A DNA stretch of 64,000 bases. Source: an uncultured Gemmatimonadaceae bacterium. Its GTDB lineage: Bacteria > Gemmatimonadota > Gemmatimonadetes > Gemmatimonadales > Gemmatimonadaceae. Each line of letters starts with the position of its first letter. Position 1 is the stretch's first letter. The notes beneath the pieces were generated by a model. It did not search any database and was not told where the DNA came from. It saw only the letters and a program-made list of their open reading frames with translations. The stretch spans positions 152,207 to 216,206 of the forward strand of contig CAWHHI010000010.1 of NCBI GenBank assembly GCA_963829055.1. Reading direction: 5' to 3'. The translations under genes were made by a program, and so were the position numbers. Shown here in pieces: positions 11,793 to 22,623 of this stretch.

Positions 11793-12272
11793 TTAGACTG
11801 CTGGCACACGGAGGTCCAACTCGTAGAAGAGCGTCGCGCCGAACTCCGTCGCGCGGTACGGATCGACTGACCGGAAGCCCAGGCTCGCGTAGAGGCGCTG
11901 CGCGGCATGCATGGTGGTCAGCGTGCCGAGGCGCAGACGTTCGTAGCCTAACGCGCGTGCATCCGCGATCGCGTGCTGGACGAGCGCGCGGGCGACGCCC
12001 GCACCGCGGCTCGCTGGGCGGACGTACATGCGCTTGATCTCTGCGACGCCAGGGATCAGTTGCTGGAGCGCGATACAGCCGACCGCGTCGGGGCCGTCCC
12101 ACGCGAGCCACAGACCGCCCGTCGGTGGCTGGTACGGCGCGGGGAGCGCAGCCAGCAAGGCGGCTGTGGCCGCGGCGTCCTGAGCAGCGGAGTGGGCTTC
12201 GACGTGCGCGCGGATGAGCGCCCGCGCCTCTGTGAGCGCTTGGGGCTCGGTGACACGGCGGATCTCGATCAT
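11793..12272 (-). CDS. GNAT-family N-acetyltransferase
   Basis: AEIKRMYVRPASRGAGVARAL acetyl-CoA motif; AQRLYASLGF. Confidence 0.92.
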   Translation of the reverse strand: MIEIRRVTEPQALTEARALIRAHVEAHSAAQDAAATAALLAALPAPYQPPTGGLWLAWDGPDAVGCIALQQLIPGVAEIKRMYVRPASRGAGVARALVQHAIADARALGYERLRLGTLTTMHAAQRLYASLGFRSVDPYRATEFGATLFYELDLRVPAV

Positions 12273-12433
12273 TCTCCGAAGTTAAGCGCTATGCGGGAAG
12301 CGCTTCGCGCGCGCCGGGATCGAAGCGCGGATCCCCAGGTCCCTCGCTGGTGGCCGGGATGACAGGACGCAGATCGAGGTGACAACCGGCTCCCCGTCGC
12401 ACATCTTGATCGCGTCCCGTCGGAGCCAACCAA

Positions 12434-13644
12434 ATGTCCAATCGGCGTACCTTCCTGAAGCAGACCGCCGCGATCGGCGGGGCCCTCAGCCTTTCACCGC
12501 TCGCAAAGCTCCCGCTCGAGGCGGCCGTGCCACTCACGCGGCCGAATCCCGGACGCGCACCCGCGCCGCTCAACATTCTCATCCTCGGCGGCACCGGCTT
12601 CACCGGCCCGGAGCAGGTCGAGTACGCGATCGCGCGCGGCCATCGCGTGACACTCTTCAATCGCGGCAAGACGCGGCCCGGCATGTTCAAGGGAAAGGTC
12701 GCCGAAGAGCTCATCGGTGACCTCAACGGCGACACGAGCGCGCTGAAAGGAAAGAAGTTCGACGTCGTGATCGACAATCCGACGACGCTTCCCTTCTGGG
12801 TGAAGAACGCCGCGCAGTACCTCAAGGGGAATACCAAGCACTACATCTTCATCTCGACGACGTCGGTCTACGCCGATCAGAGCGAGATCGGCATCAACGA
12901 GAACAGTCCGACGGTGCCGATGCCCGCCGGCCTCGATCCGTATCAGCCCGACCAGCGCAACACGGCGCAGCTCGCGGCGTCGAGTAACCCGGGGAACTAC
13001 GGCGCGTTCAAGGCGCGCGCCGAAGTGGAAGTGCAGAATCAGTATCCGGGCATCAACACGATCATCCGGCCGTGCCTCATCGTCGGGCCGCTCGATCGCA
13101 CCGACCGTTTCACGTACTGGCCGGCGCGTATCGACAAGGGCGGCGAAGTGCTCGCGCCCGACAAGCCGGACGATCCGTGTCAGTTCATCGACTCACGCGA
13201 TCTCGCCGAGTTCATGATCCGCATGGCGGAGATGCGCGAATTCGGAACGTACAACGCGATCGGTCCCGAGAAGCCGATGACGATCGCCGAGATGTTGTAC
13301 GGCGTCAAAGCGCGTCACCACGGCCGGCGCACAGTTCACGTGGGTGCCGTGGGAGTTCCTGCAGGCGCAGGGCGTCCGCCCGTGGACGCAGCATGACGGT
13401 CTGGCAGCCGCCGTACGGGCGCACCGCGGGCTACCAGCGGCGCAGCGCGGCGAAGGCACTCGCGAAAGGCCTAACGTTCCGCCCGCTCGCCGTCACGGCG
13501 AAAGACACGCTCGACTGGCACAAGACGCGTCCCGCAGAAGAGCAGGCCGCGACGCTCGAAGGCAAGATCAACGGCCTGTCGATGAAACGAGAAGCCGAGG
13601 TGCTCGCGGCGTGGAAAGAGGAGGTGGCGAAGCAGAGCAAGTGA
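12434..13644 (+). CDS. Tat-exported NAD-dependent epimerase/dehydratase (atypical SDR), frameshifted near 13310-13390
   Basis: SNRRTFLK Tat motif; ILILGGTGFTG; FISTTSVY; YGAFKA; RPCLIVGP; C-terminus GLTFRPLAVTAKDTLDW. Confidence 0.88.
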
Positions 13645-13672
13645 GAATTCACGACGATGCTACACGACGGTG

Positions 13673-14062
13673 CTATCTGACGGCGTCGGGATTTTGCGCG
13701 ACCAGCCACGCAAGCGCTGCATCCCGATCGGTGAAGATCGCATCGCGGCTGTACTGCTCCGAAAAAACCTGGTACTGGCGCGACACGCCGTAGGCGACAG
13801 GAGCAGATACCAGGATTGCGGTGGCCCACGTTCTATTCTGGATCGCGGGCCGCGCGATCGCCTCGATCAGCGTCGATAGCTCGGCACCGGTAAATGCTAT
13901 GTGCGCATCGAGAAGATCCACGAGCGTCCGCCTGCAGCGCATGACCTCCGGATCCGTGAGATAGGTGCGCCAGTATGCCGCGAGCTCGCCGGCGGTGACG
14001 GTTCCGGTCCAGGACTCGTTGATGATGTTGTGAACGCGGTCCACGGTGTATGCAATCGGCAA
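13673..14062 (-). CDS. Hypothetical SpoIIAA/STAS-like small protein
   Basis: 129-aa ORF; AILVSAPVAYGVSRQY...IFTDRDAALAWL pattern. Confidence 0.65.
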   Translation of the reverse strand: MPIAYTVDRVHNIINESWTGTVTAGELAAYWRTYLTDPEVMRCRRTLVDLLDAHIAFTGAELSTLIEAIARPAIQNRTWATAILVSAPVAYGVSRQYQVFSEQYSRDAIFTDRDAALAWLVAQNPDAVR

Positions 14063-14076
14063 CCATCACCTCCAAC

Positions 14077-15612
14077 TCATTGTGAAAAACGATCGATGAC
14101 TCTCCGCACACCTTCGTGTTCTGGTTGGTGTTCGTTGGCCTGCAGATGCGCGCCGGCTTCGAGAAGCGCGCGCACGCAGTCTTCGTAGTCACCACCGGCG
14201 TCGCGCACAAAATCTGCCCCCCAGCACGCCCAGCCCAGCGGTGTCGACGAGTGTTCTGCATCGCGGATGTCCGTCGCCGCTCCAGCCTCCAACAGCAGGC
14301 GAACCTGCTGCGCACGTCCGTGAAGAGCGCTGAAGTGGAGCGCAGATGCGCCGGAAGTGTCCGTGGTGTTGACAGGAAAGCCGGCTGCGACACAGGCCGA
14401 CACGGTCGCCTCTCTGCCGAGTGTCGCCGCTTCGATGAGGAGTTGGTGATCCGACGGCGCGAGCGCCGCCAACACATCAGGTGACGCGAGCTGACGCGCC
14501 GCTTCGACATCACCTCGCCCGCACGCAGCGAGCAGCAGGTCGACGGCAGAGAGACGCTGTGTTTCCGCGCCGAGCGATTCGAGCAGCGACGCGATGTCGT
14601 CGAAGCCACCGCGTCGCGCGAGTAGCCATGGTGTCGCGCCATCACCGCGACGTGCGTGGATGTCGGCGCCGTGGTCCAGGAGGAGCCGAATGACGTCGAC
14701 ACTCTGTCCGCGGCGCGCCGCGACGTGCAGCGCCGGCTCTCGCTCTTGTGCACTCGGGACGTTTGGATTGGCTCCGTGGTTCAGCAGCCACTCGAAACCC
14801 TGTTTGACGCGTGTCTCGCGATCGAGGTTCCAGTTGCGCAGGAGAAAGTACAGCGCGGTGTTTCCCCAATCGCCAACGAAGTTCAGGTCTGCGCCAGCAC
14901 GCAGCAGAAGCTCCAGTGCGTCTTCGTGAAACCGTTCGGCCGCATGAAAAATGGATTCGCCGTCAGTTGGGTTCGCGCCCGCATCGAGCAGCACGCGTGC
15001 GAGCGGCAACACGTTTCGCATGCCCGTGACCGCGTACAGAGCTGGAACACTGTACTGCGCATCGCGCGTATTCGGGTCGGCGCCCGCGGCGAGCAGGACG
15101 CGCGCTGTCGCCAGCAGTCCCGCATCGCGGGCCTCGCTCTCGCCATGGAATGGTGAGTAGCAGAGGAAGAGCAGCGGATCGGCAGGTGAATGGCCGGCGC
15201 GCTCGGAGACGAGCCCTGGATTCGCAGCGACGAGTCGCGCGACGGCAGCGTCGAGTCCAAGCGCGGCTGCGACATGCACACTCGTTGTCGCGATGTGCGG
15301 GTGAACACGGAGCACTTCGCGAGCGCGTTCCAGGTTCTGTTCCTGAACGGCCGAGAGGAAAGCCTCGACGCCGTCATCGTTGCTGCGCGACGCTTGCACG
15401 TGCGAGCGCAACTGCGCCCACGTGTGAAAGCCATACTCGCGGGCGATCACGCGCTGCGCGAACAAGAGCTTTCGTTCGGGGGTGTCGCCGATCGCGTCGC
15501 GGACGCGCTGAAGGGCAACCGGGTCGTCAGCCTGCCAGGCCTTATGAAGGGTCTTCGCTTCGCGCTTCAGGTGATCGAGATGCGGGCGGGCAGGCAGCTC
15601 ACGTGCCGACAT
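14077..15612 (-). CDS. Ankyrin-repeat protein with LPARP-type N-terminal helical domain
   Basis: AGGAGG RBS before ATG 15612; LPARPHLDHLKREAK...IAREYGFHTWAQL; repeated LLxAGADPN, PALHVAA, TPLGWA. Confidence 0.9.
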   Translation of the reverse strand: MSARELPARPHLDHLKREAKTLHKAWQADDPVALQRVRDAIGDTPERKLLFAQRVIAREYGFHTWAQLRSHVQASRSNDDGVEAFLSAVQEQNLERAREVLRVHPHIATTSVHVAAALGLDAAVARLVAANPGLVSERAGHSPADPLLFLCYSPFHGESEARDAGLLATARVLLAAGADPNTRDAQYSVPALYAVTGMRNVLPLARVLLDAGANPTDGESIFHAAERFHEDALELLLRAGADLNFVGDWGNTALYFLLRNWNLDRETRVKQGFEWLLNHGANPNVPSAQEREPALHVAARRGQSVDVIRLLLDHGADIHARRGDGATPWLLARRGGFDDIASLLESLGAETQRLSAVDLLLAACGRGDVEAARQLASPDVLAALAPSDHQLLIEAATLGREATVSACVAAGFPVNTTDTSGASALHFSALHGRAQQVRLLLEAGAATDIRDAEHSSTPLGWACWGADFVRDAGGDYEDCVRALLEAGAHLQANEHQPEHEGVRRVIDRFSQ

Positions 15613-15745
15613 GACAAACCTCCTTTCGTGGCTCGCCCGGGTCCGCGTCATCGGGCTGAAAGAAGGCTGTGTTGGCTATCGCCTGCTTCTACAGGTGGAC
15701 TGAGTCCTGTCCGCGGACGGAAGCGCCCTGGCGCGCTCCGTCCAA
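15613..15745 (-). promoter_or_regulatory. Candidate structured RNA leader of ankyrin gene
   Basis: Hairpin 15715-15743 overlaps a GTCCGCG/CGCGGAC long-range pairing (15712-15718 with 15641-15647); small hairpin 15697-15707. Confidence 0.4.
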
Positions 15746-15754
15746 CATAGTGCA

Positions 15755-15900
15755 TCAGGGCCGTGGTAGGCGAATCGTGTCGAGCATCTCGCGGACGGAC
15801 TCGATGACGAGCTCGGGCTGGTCGCGTTGGATGTAGTGCTTGCTTTTCTCGGCGAGGATCCACGAGGTACGGTCCGACCAGCCGGCCGGGCGCGTGCCAT
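15755..15900 (-). pseudogene. C-terminal remnant of an alpha/beta hydrolase
   Basis: ILAEKSKHYIQRDQPELVIESVREML resembles the catalytic-His end of ABH proteins; no intact N-terminus. Confidence 0.45.
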
Positions 15901-16160
15901 CGCGAGTCATCGCGCCGATGAAGGACGCGGGCGTACACCTGCCAGCAGTCGCCGGTCTCCAGCTCCCGTGCTCACATCCGCGTAGAGAGACGAGCCGTCC
16001 GCATTGAACACGATCTCGGCCATCTTCGCCCCCGGCCGCGCGAGAACGCGCACCGACTTCGCCGAGCCGATCGTTACGTCGACGTACGCTGTGTCGCCGC
16101 GTTGGTACGCAACTGACGGAACAGCGTGTCGCGATCCGGGCCGGTGTTACGGTTGACGTC

Positions 16161-17309
16161 TCATTTCGTCTTCGGCGCTCGCTGGCGGACACCGTTCTGG
16201 ACGAACACCAGGCCGGTCACCTTCCCGGCAGGATCGGTCTCGAACTCGATTTTCACGTCGACCACTTTCAGTGAGAAAACCGTCGGTGAGTCTGCATACA
16301 GCTGAAATTTCGGCTGACCCGTCGCCTGGACGAACAGCTTGTCCCCGTCGCGCGTGATGGTCATGACGAACGTCGGCGCGACAGGATAGTCCCCGACAAA
16401 GCGCTCGAGCTCGGGACGAGGGGTCGCTGCCGACAGGACAGCGCGAATCTCTGATGTTACGAGATCAGGCTCCGTCACGTGGACGAAGTGACTGCTGGCC
16501 GACGTCAACACGAGATGCGCTCTTGCCGACCGGCGAGTAAGCCGAGAAAAATGCTCGACGCGTTGATCGAACGTCGTTTGAAAGTACAAATCAGCGTCGC
16601 CGGGGAATTTGACTCCCGGCGCAAGCGGCTCTCTCTTGCCCGCGAGGAGGATGCTCATCGGCACATCCGGCGGATCCCCCGCTTCGCGATACTCGACGAA
16701 GCCGCCGCGTTCCACGCGCTCGATCTCCTGATACTCCGCGCGGAGCCCCGCCGGCGCTGCCGCCAGCGCTGGTTTGGTCATGCTTGCGATCGCGTCGTGG
16801 CCGTTCGTCATACCGGCCTTCGCGTAGATCGCTTGCATATCGGCTTCCGTCTGCGTGAAATCACTCGGATCGATGTAGACGAGACCTACTACTTCCCGGG
16901 GGAACATTGCACCGAACGTGTGGATGATTGGTCCTCCATAGGAGTGACCGACGAGCACGTACGGCGGGGGCGCGTCGAGCTTGGCGAGGAGGTCGTGGAG
17001 CTCTGTGGCGATCTGTTTTACGGTTCGCTGCGTGGTCGCGGGATCCGACTTGCCGACGCCCGCCCGATCGTATGCGATCGTTCGCGTCACCGCCGCGATG
17101 TCAGACTGCAGCCCGTTCCAGGTTGCGACCTGCGACCCGAGGCCACTTTCGAACACGACGGTCGGCACGCCCGGTCTGGCCGTTCCGGCCACCTGTACGT
17201 TGACTTTCCGACCGCCGACCTCGACGAGCGAAGGTGTGGGGACCTGAGAGCTCGCGATACGCGCCACCGTGACGAAGCCGAGCGTGGCGAGAAGGCTGGT
17301 TCTGATCAT
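16161..17309 (-). CDS. Secreted alpha/beta hydrolase with C-terminal DUF3471-like domain
   Basis: Signal peptide; VVFESGLG, YDRAGVGKSD, LVGHSYGG, SSHFVH; C-terminal ERFVGDY...LFVQATGQPKF. Confidence 0.88.
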   Translation of the reverse strand: MIRTSLLATLGFVTVARIASSQVPTPSLVEVGGRKVNVQVAGTARPGVPTVVFESGLGSQVATWNGLQSDIAAVTRTIAYDRAGVGKSDPATTQRTVKQIATELHDLLAKLDAPPPYVLVGHSYGGPIIHTFGAMFPREVVGLVYIDPSDFTQTEADMQAIYAKAGMTNGHDAIASMTKPALAAAPAGLRAEYQEIERVERGGFVEYREAGDPPDVPMSILLAGKREPLAPGVKFPGDADLYFQTTFDQRVEHFSRLTRRSARAHLVLTSASSHFVHVTEPDLVTSEIRAVLSAATPRPELERFVGDYPVAPTFVMTITRDGDKLFVQATGQPKFQLYADSPTVFSLKVVDVKIEFETDPAGKVTGLVFVQNGVRQRAPKTK

Positions 17310-17370
17310 TGAACGCCTGTAGTTGGTAGGAGGGGCAAGCTGTAGCGGAACAGCCAGGCTCGCCAGGGAC

Positions 17371-19231
17371 TCAGCCCGGAGCGGTCCGCACGTACTCGTC
17401 GACGTTCTTCGCCAGCACGTCGAGCGGCACGTTGCCTCCGCGCACGACGGTGTCGTTGAACGCCTTCAGATCGAACCTCGCGCCGAGTGCTGCCGTCGCC
17501 TTCTCGCGCTGCCGGTTGATCTCGCTGTGACCAACCTTGTAGCCGCATGCCTGTCCCGGCCACGCGCAGTAGCGGTCGACTTCACTCGCGACCTCGAGCG
17601 GATTCGATCCGTTGATGTCCACGAAGTACTGGACGCCCTGCTCACGCGTCCAGCGCTTGGCGTGGAGGCCCGTGTCGACGACCAGCCGGCACGCGCGGAA
17701 CGCGAGCGATTGCAGATACCCAAGGCGACCGACGCGATCGTCCGCGTAGGCCCCGAGCTCGTCGGCGAGCTGCTCGGCGTATAGCGCCCATCCTTCGGAG
17801 TACGCGTTGAAGTCGAGCATCTGCCGGATGAGCGGCATCTGGTGCGTGTACTCGCCCTGCCACACGTGTCCGGGAATCGCTTCATGGAAGGCCAGGTCCG
17901 CCAGGCTGTACTTGCTGTGGAGCTCCGTAGTCCGGAGGTTGATCCACATCCGACCTGGGATCTTGCCATCGATCGACCCCGCGCCGCCGTACGCCGCAGG
18001 AGCACCGGGCTCCTCCTCGGGCGGCAGCCGCTTCACTTCCATGTTCGGATCCACGACCGTGTTGAATGCGCGCGGCATCTGTGCGCGAATCCATGCCAGG
18101 CGTTCGTTGATGAAGGCCATGATGTCGGCGCGGCCCTTGTCGCCTTCAGCGAACTTGTAGCGGGGATCGTTCGCCAGCGCCTTCATTCGTTCGCCGACGG
18201 TGCCCTTCGAGAAGCCGATCTCCTTCAGGATCGTGTCCATCTGCGCGTGCAGCCGCTTCACTTCGCTCTCGCCTAACGCGTGGATCTCGTCGGGCGACAT
18301 GGTCGTGGTGGTCGAAGCCCTGAGCGCCCACCGATAGATACTCCTCGCCGTGCGGCCGAGCCGCGATCCCCGCGTCGTTCGTCGCTATCGACCGCTGTGA
18401 CTGCAGCTCGCTGAGCTGGCGCTCGAGCGCCGGCGCAATCTCCTGCGTGACGATCGTCCGCGCGCGCCCCGCCCAGTCCCCGGGGATGTTCTTCGACCGC
18501 CGCACGATCGACTCCACGAGCGACCCGCCATTCCGCGCGTTGCTCGCGGCGAGCGTCATCTGGCGCACGGCCTTGTCGATCAGGAACGCCGGTGGGACGA
18601 GACCTGCCGCGCGCGCCGCCTGCATCCGTTCGCGCTCTCCATCGAGCTGCTTCGCATACGACTGCAGCCGCGCGAGATACGCCTCGGCGTCAGGAGCGCT
18701 CTCGACGCGATGATCGGCATCGAGGAAACGCGGGATGTCGAGATAGGCGCCGACATTCTGGATGACGACGTACGGCGTGTTGCGCCAGCCGCCGACGGCG
18801 ACGTCGCCATACGGAAGCGCGAAACCGTCGAGCGCTGTCGCATACGCGCTCCGCACGACCTCGAAGCTGGTGCGCGTCGCGTGCGAGAGGCCGCTCGTGT
18901 CGAAGGCGTTGACGCGATCGAGATCCACCCGAAGCTGTTTCGCCAAACGCCGCTGGCCCTCCGCGGAGCGATCGGCGAGCACGGATCGCAGTGCGGCTCT
19001 CGCGCCGGTGTCGATGCCCAGCGAGGTCGCCTGCTCTGGCTTCAGGCGAATGAGATTTTCAGCCATCTCATCGAGTAGCGTGAGCGCACTGGCCTCGTTC
19101 GACTTGGTCGGCATGGGCTCACCGGAACGCCCGCAGGCAGAAAACAACGGGAGGGCGGCGGCGGAGACAACAGCCGCGATCATCTCACGACGACTGAGTG
19201 TCGTGTCGGAACGCGCGCGATCTTCGGTCAT
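17371..19231 (-). CDS. DUF885-family Tat lipoprotein (metallopeptidase-like), frameshift near 18330
   Basis: LSRREMI Tat + lipobox; HEAIPGH, AYSEGWALYAE, RACRLVVDTGLH, EVDRYCAWPGQACGYKVG. Confidence 0.9.
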
Positions 19232-19680
19232 GCTGCTCATTGAAGTGAATACGTGGGCGATTTTGCTCTTTCTACTTTCTCGGCCGCGTGACGATGCACG
19301 TCTTCGTCCGCCCCACGCCACTCCGTTGCGCGATCATATCACGCACGACGTCGCGCAGGCGACCGTCTGGCGTGGATGGCGAGCGATGAAGCCAATGCTG
19401 CGTCGCGGCCCTTCCGCGACGGCGTTCACGCCGGCGGCACGACGCCACCTCTGCATCCCATGGCGCCTGCGCGCCGAGCTCGCCCGGTGCGGGCTGGCTC
19501 CGGAACGCGACGCGTACACGAACTTCCTCGTGTACCCGCTCGACTGGCTGTGGCCACGGGCGAACCAGGCACTGTCCCAGTTGTTGACGCGCATGTCGGT
19601 CGTTCGAATCGTGGCATGCACGGGGTGTCAGTACATGGTGGCGGCGCGAAGGCCACGATGACCTCTGCCGACGCCGTCAG

Positions 19681-21015
19681 CTAGAGCGCGACTGCCTCCT
19701 CGCGCGGAGCGACGCGGGCGGGCGCCGCGTCCCTGGTGATCCGTCGGTGCTGCGCACGGCCGAGCCAGATGCCGAGCACACCCCACACGAGAGCGAGCGG
19801 CACTGTCACCGAGACCAACGCGGCCAGCCCCATTCCAAGACGGCCGAGCAGCCCCTCCAACTGGGCGCCAACCACGTCGCCAGTGCGATAGACGAACGTG
19901 TCGATGAACGCCTTGGACTTGTACTTGTCTTCGCGCGGTACGACGGTGAACAACGTTTCTCGCGCGGGCCGGATAATGGATCGCTGCACGGCACTGAACG
20001 TCGCCTGAAGGACTATCAGCGCGGCCAGCGATGCCGAGATGGCCAGCCCCACGAAGCCGAGGGCGACTATCACAGGCAGCAGCGCCAGCGTTATGTGAAC
20101 GCCAAGCCGCTTCATCAGCTGCCCCGTCACGACAGCCTGTAGCACGAGCGTCGTGAGCTGGGTGTAGAAGTCGATGCGCGCGAACACCCCCGTTCGCATG
20201 TCGAGGTCGGTCCCGAGCGCGGCAACCATCTGCAGGCGTGTGAAGTAGATGAACGTGCTGACCACCGTGAGGATCAGCACGTACGCAGAGATACCGAGCA
20301 GGTATGGTGAGCCGAACACGGCGCGGAATCCGCGCCAGGCGCTCCCGCCGATGATGGCGCGGTCATCCACTACTGGAGGTGCGTTGGGATCGTCAGTCGC
20401 CTCCGGCTTCCGGTGCTGGAGTCGCGTTACGACCCATGCGGCGACCACCGCGAGCCCGAGCGAGGTCGCTGCCACCGGGAGCAGTCCCGCCGTCCCGAGC
20501 GGACGCACGAGCTTCGACGCCAGCCAGGGACCGGCGATCGCGCCGAGCGTCCCGCCCACGCTGATGATGCCGAAGAGTCGCTTGCTCTGCTCCAGCGAGA
20601 ACCGGTCGGCCATGAGCGCCCAGAACACCATCGTGGCGAACAGGTTGAACACGCTGAACCAGACGAAGAACACCATCCCGCTCACCTGGCCGATCGCGTT
20701 CGGGGCGCTCACGAGGACGACATAGAAGGCGAGCAGGCTCACGGCGAAGAACAGGTAAGTGGCCGTGATGAACACGATGCGCCGGTAGCGGCTCACCATC
20801 AGCGCGAACACCGGGTTCACCGCCAGCGTGACGACGGCCGTCCCGATGAAGAGCCAGCGCACCGCCTCGATCCCCCGCTGCATGCCGAGCGCCTCGCGGG
20901 CGGGGCGGATCACCATGAGGGCGGTGAGGATGAAGAAGAACGAGAGGGAGGACGCCACCACGGCGGCCCCTTCCCCTCGGCGAACCTGGATGAAGCGCTG
21001 GAGAAGGGGCGTCAT
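19681..21015 (-). CDS. MFS-like NTP/NDP exchange (TLC/AAA family) transporter
   Basis: VFFVWFSVFNLF, FWALMADRFSLEQSKRLFG, RPARETLFTVVPREDKYKSKAFIDTFVYRTGD; many TM helices. Confidence 0.88.
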   Translation of the reverse strand: MTPLLQRFIQVRRGEGAAVVASSLSFFFILTALMVIRPAREALGMQRGIEAVRWLFIGTAVVTLAVNPVFALMVSRYRRIVFITATYLFFAVSLLAFYVVLVSAPNAIGQVSGMVFFVWFSVFNLFATMVFWALMADRFSLEQSKRLFGIISVGGTLGAIAGPWLASKLVRPLGTAGLLPVAATSLGLAVVAAWVVTRLQHRKPEATDDPNAPPVVDDRAIIGGSAWRGFRAVFGSPYLLGISAYVLILTVVSTFIYFTRLQMVAALGTDLDMRTGVFARIDFYTQLTTLVLQAVVTGQLMKRLGVHITLALLPVIVALGFVGLAISASLAALIVLQATFSAVQRSIIRPARETLFTVVPREDKYKSKAFIDTFVYRTGDVVGAQLEGLLGRLGMGLAALVSVTVPLALVWGVLGIWLGRAQHRRITRDAAPARVAPREEAVAL

Positions 21016-21182
21016 GGGTCTAGCGCACTCCGGAGCTGGCGATCGCGATGTCGTGCGTCCGCACGGATCGACGTCAACTCCAGTCTACGTTGCGCTGAAA
21101 GCGGTCGTTGAGCCGGAGTGATCAGGATCGGCGTATGTGGTATGGTCCGGCTTCCAGCGCTGTCAGGGAGCGAGACGAGCTC

Positions 21183-22325
21183 TCACCGGTTGGACACCTT
21201 CAGCGGGAACCGCTTGAGGGCGGGGCCGAGCTTCTGGTTGCAGGCGGCACCGGCCAGCTCTGGCTCCCACTCCACCGTCGTGGTCGCGGCGAGCTCGGCG
21301 CCCAAGCCAGCGCGCGCGACCTTGAGCGGTGTGCGCACGCCGTTCTGCACGAGCGTCGCCGCCGTGGTGTAGACGCCGTGCGGCAGATCGTTGATCGCCA
21401 GGTTCGAGCCGAAGCGGACGACGCGCGTGATCGCGCTCCCCGCGCTCCCATCCACGAGCGGTCCCTGGGGCGTGAACTGCACCTCGATCTCATCGCCGGT
21501 GCGGATCCCTGAGACGTCCCACGTATCCACGTCCACACCGGCGCCGAAGACGTTGGCGGAGGCATCGGGGATGCGGCCGGTGAGCTGCCAGCGGAAGTCG
21601 CGCACCACGGTGCTGCCGGGCACGAACGCATCGTAGTCGGCGTCGTTAGGCATCCCCAGGCGCACGCAGTACGACTGGCCGCGGTAGGCAACCTCGGTCC
21701 ACGCCTTGACCTGGTGCGACAGGCCCGCGGGGAGCCCGCGCACGACGTAGCGGCCGTCGGCGCCGGTGCGCGTCGCCACGACGTTCGGATTGAACACCAT
21801 CTTGACCTCGACCAGCGCGTTCGCGATCGGCTGGCCGCGGGCGTCGCGCGCGACGCCGGTGACGACGCCGGCTTCGGACTGCGGTGGCGGGGCCGCCGCG
21901 GCAACGCGCGCGGTGAACGTGGTGGTGACGTTCGGTACGCCGGCAGCGGTGCCGATCAGCGTGATCGGGTAGTCGCCCGCGGGCACGCTCGCGGCGGCCT
22001 GCACGCTCAGCGTCGCCGAGGCGGCAGTCACCGGATCGTTAGGCGCGGTGACGGCCAGCCCTGCGGGCGCGCCCGCGGCGACGAGCGTCACCGCACCGGT
22101 GAAGTTGGTACGAGCCAGCGAGACGGTCGCGGTCCCGCGCTGCCCCTGCTCCACGGTGATGGCCGCGGGAGTGACGGTCAGCCCGAGCGACGGAGCCGGG
22201 TCCGCTGACGGGGGTGGCGTTGGTACGGTAGCGGCTTCGCCGTTGGTGCACGCACCGGCGAGGGTGATCATGAGGAGCGCGATGTATGGGGCGCCGGAGG
22301 CGCGCGAGAAACGACTGGCAGGCAT
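21183..22325 (-). CDS. Lipoprotein with Ig-like and carboxypeptidase-regulatory-like domains
   Basis: Lipobox LAGAC; beta-rich segments; VTGVARDARGQPIANALV...TGADGRY. Confidence 0.75.
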   Translation of the reverse strand: MPASRFSRASGAPYIALLMITLAGACTNGEAATVPTPPPSADPAPSLGLTVTPAAITVEQGQRGTATVSLARTNFTGAVTLVAAGAPAGLAVTAPNDPVTAASATLSVQAAASVPAGDYPITLIGTAAGVPNVTTTFTARVAAAAPPPQSEAGVVTGVARDARGQPIANALVEVKMVFNPNVVATRTGADGRYVVRGLPAGLSHQVKAWTEVAYRGQSYCVRLGMPNDADYDAFVPGSTVVRDFRWQLTGRIPDASANVFGAGVDVDTWDVSGIRTGDEIEVQFTPQGPLVDGSAGSAITRVVRFGSNLAINDLPHGVYTTAATLVQNGVRTPLKVARAGLGAELAATTTVEWEPELAGAACNQKLGPALKRFPLKVSNR

Positions 22326-22418
22326 TGGAGTGTGTGGTGGATTGCGGAGGTTGGAGAGGCCGCCGCGGCGGCTGCGTACCACGTGCGCCGAGTGTACGGG
22401 CTGCCGGCGTGGCGCGCG

Positions 22419-22448
22419 TGGGAAGTTCGACCCGGGTCAAACTTCCCA
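22419..22448. promoter_or_regulatory. 30-bp near-perfect palindrome, candidate operator
   Basis: TGGGAAGTTCGACCCGGGTCAAACTTCCCA, about 95 nt upstream of the 22325 start. Confidence 0.45.
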
Positions 22449-22623
22449 TGTACCGGCGCTGACGAGGCCGGCCTGCCCGAACGGGCGCACGATCATCTCC
22501 GATCTGCCTGGCGACCTCTACGCATTGCCGATCGCCGGTAGCAATTCGTCGTTAGGCTGCACCGGTGCGAACTTGCCGTGCAGCAGCCGCTCGCACTCTG
22601 ACCGGACCGGAGTCCAGCATCTA

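Noticed and set aside
19330..19661. Possible C-terminal fragment of a methyltransferase-like gene on the plus strand
   Set aside because: Protein-like but no diagnostic motif or credible start; too weak to call
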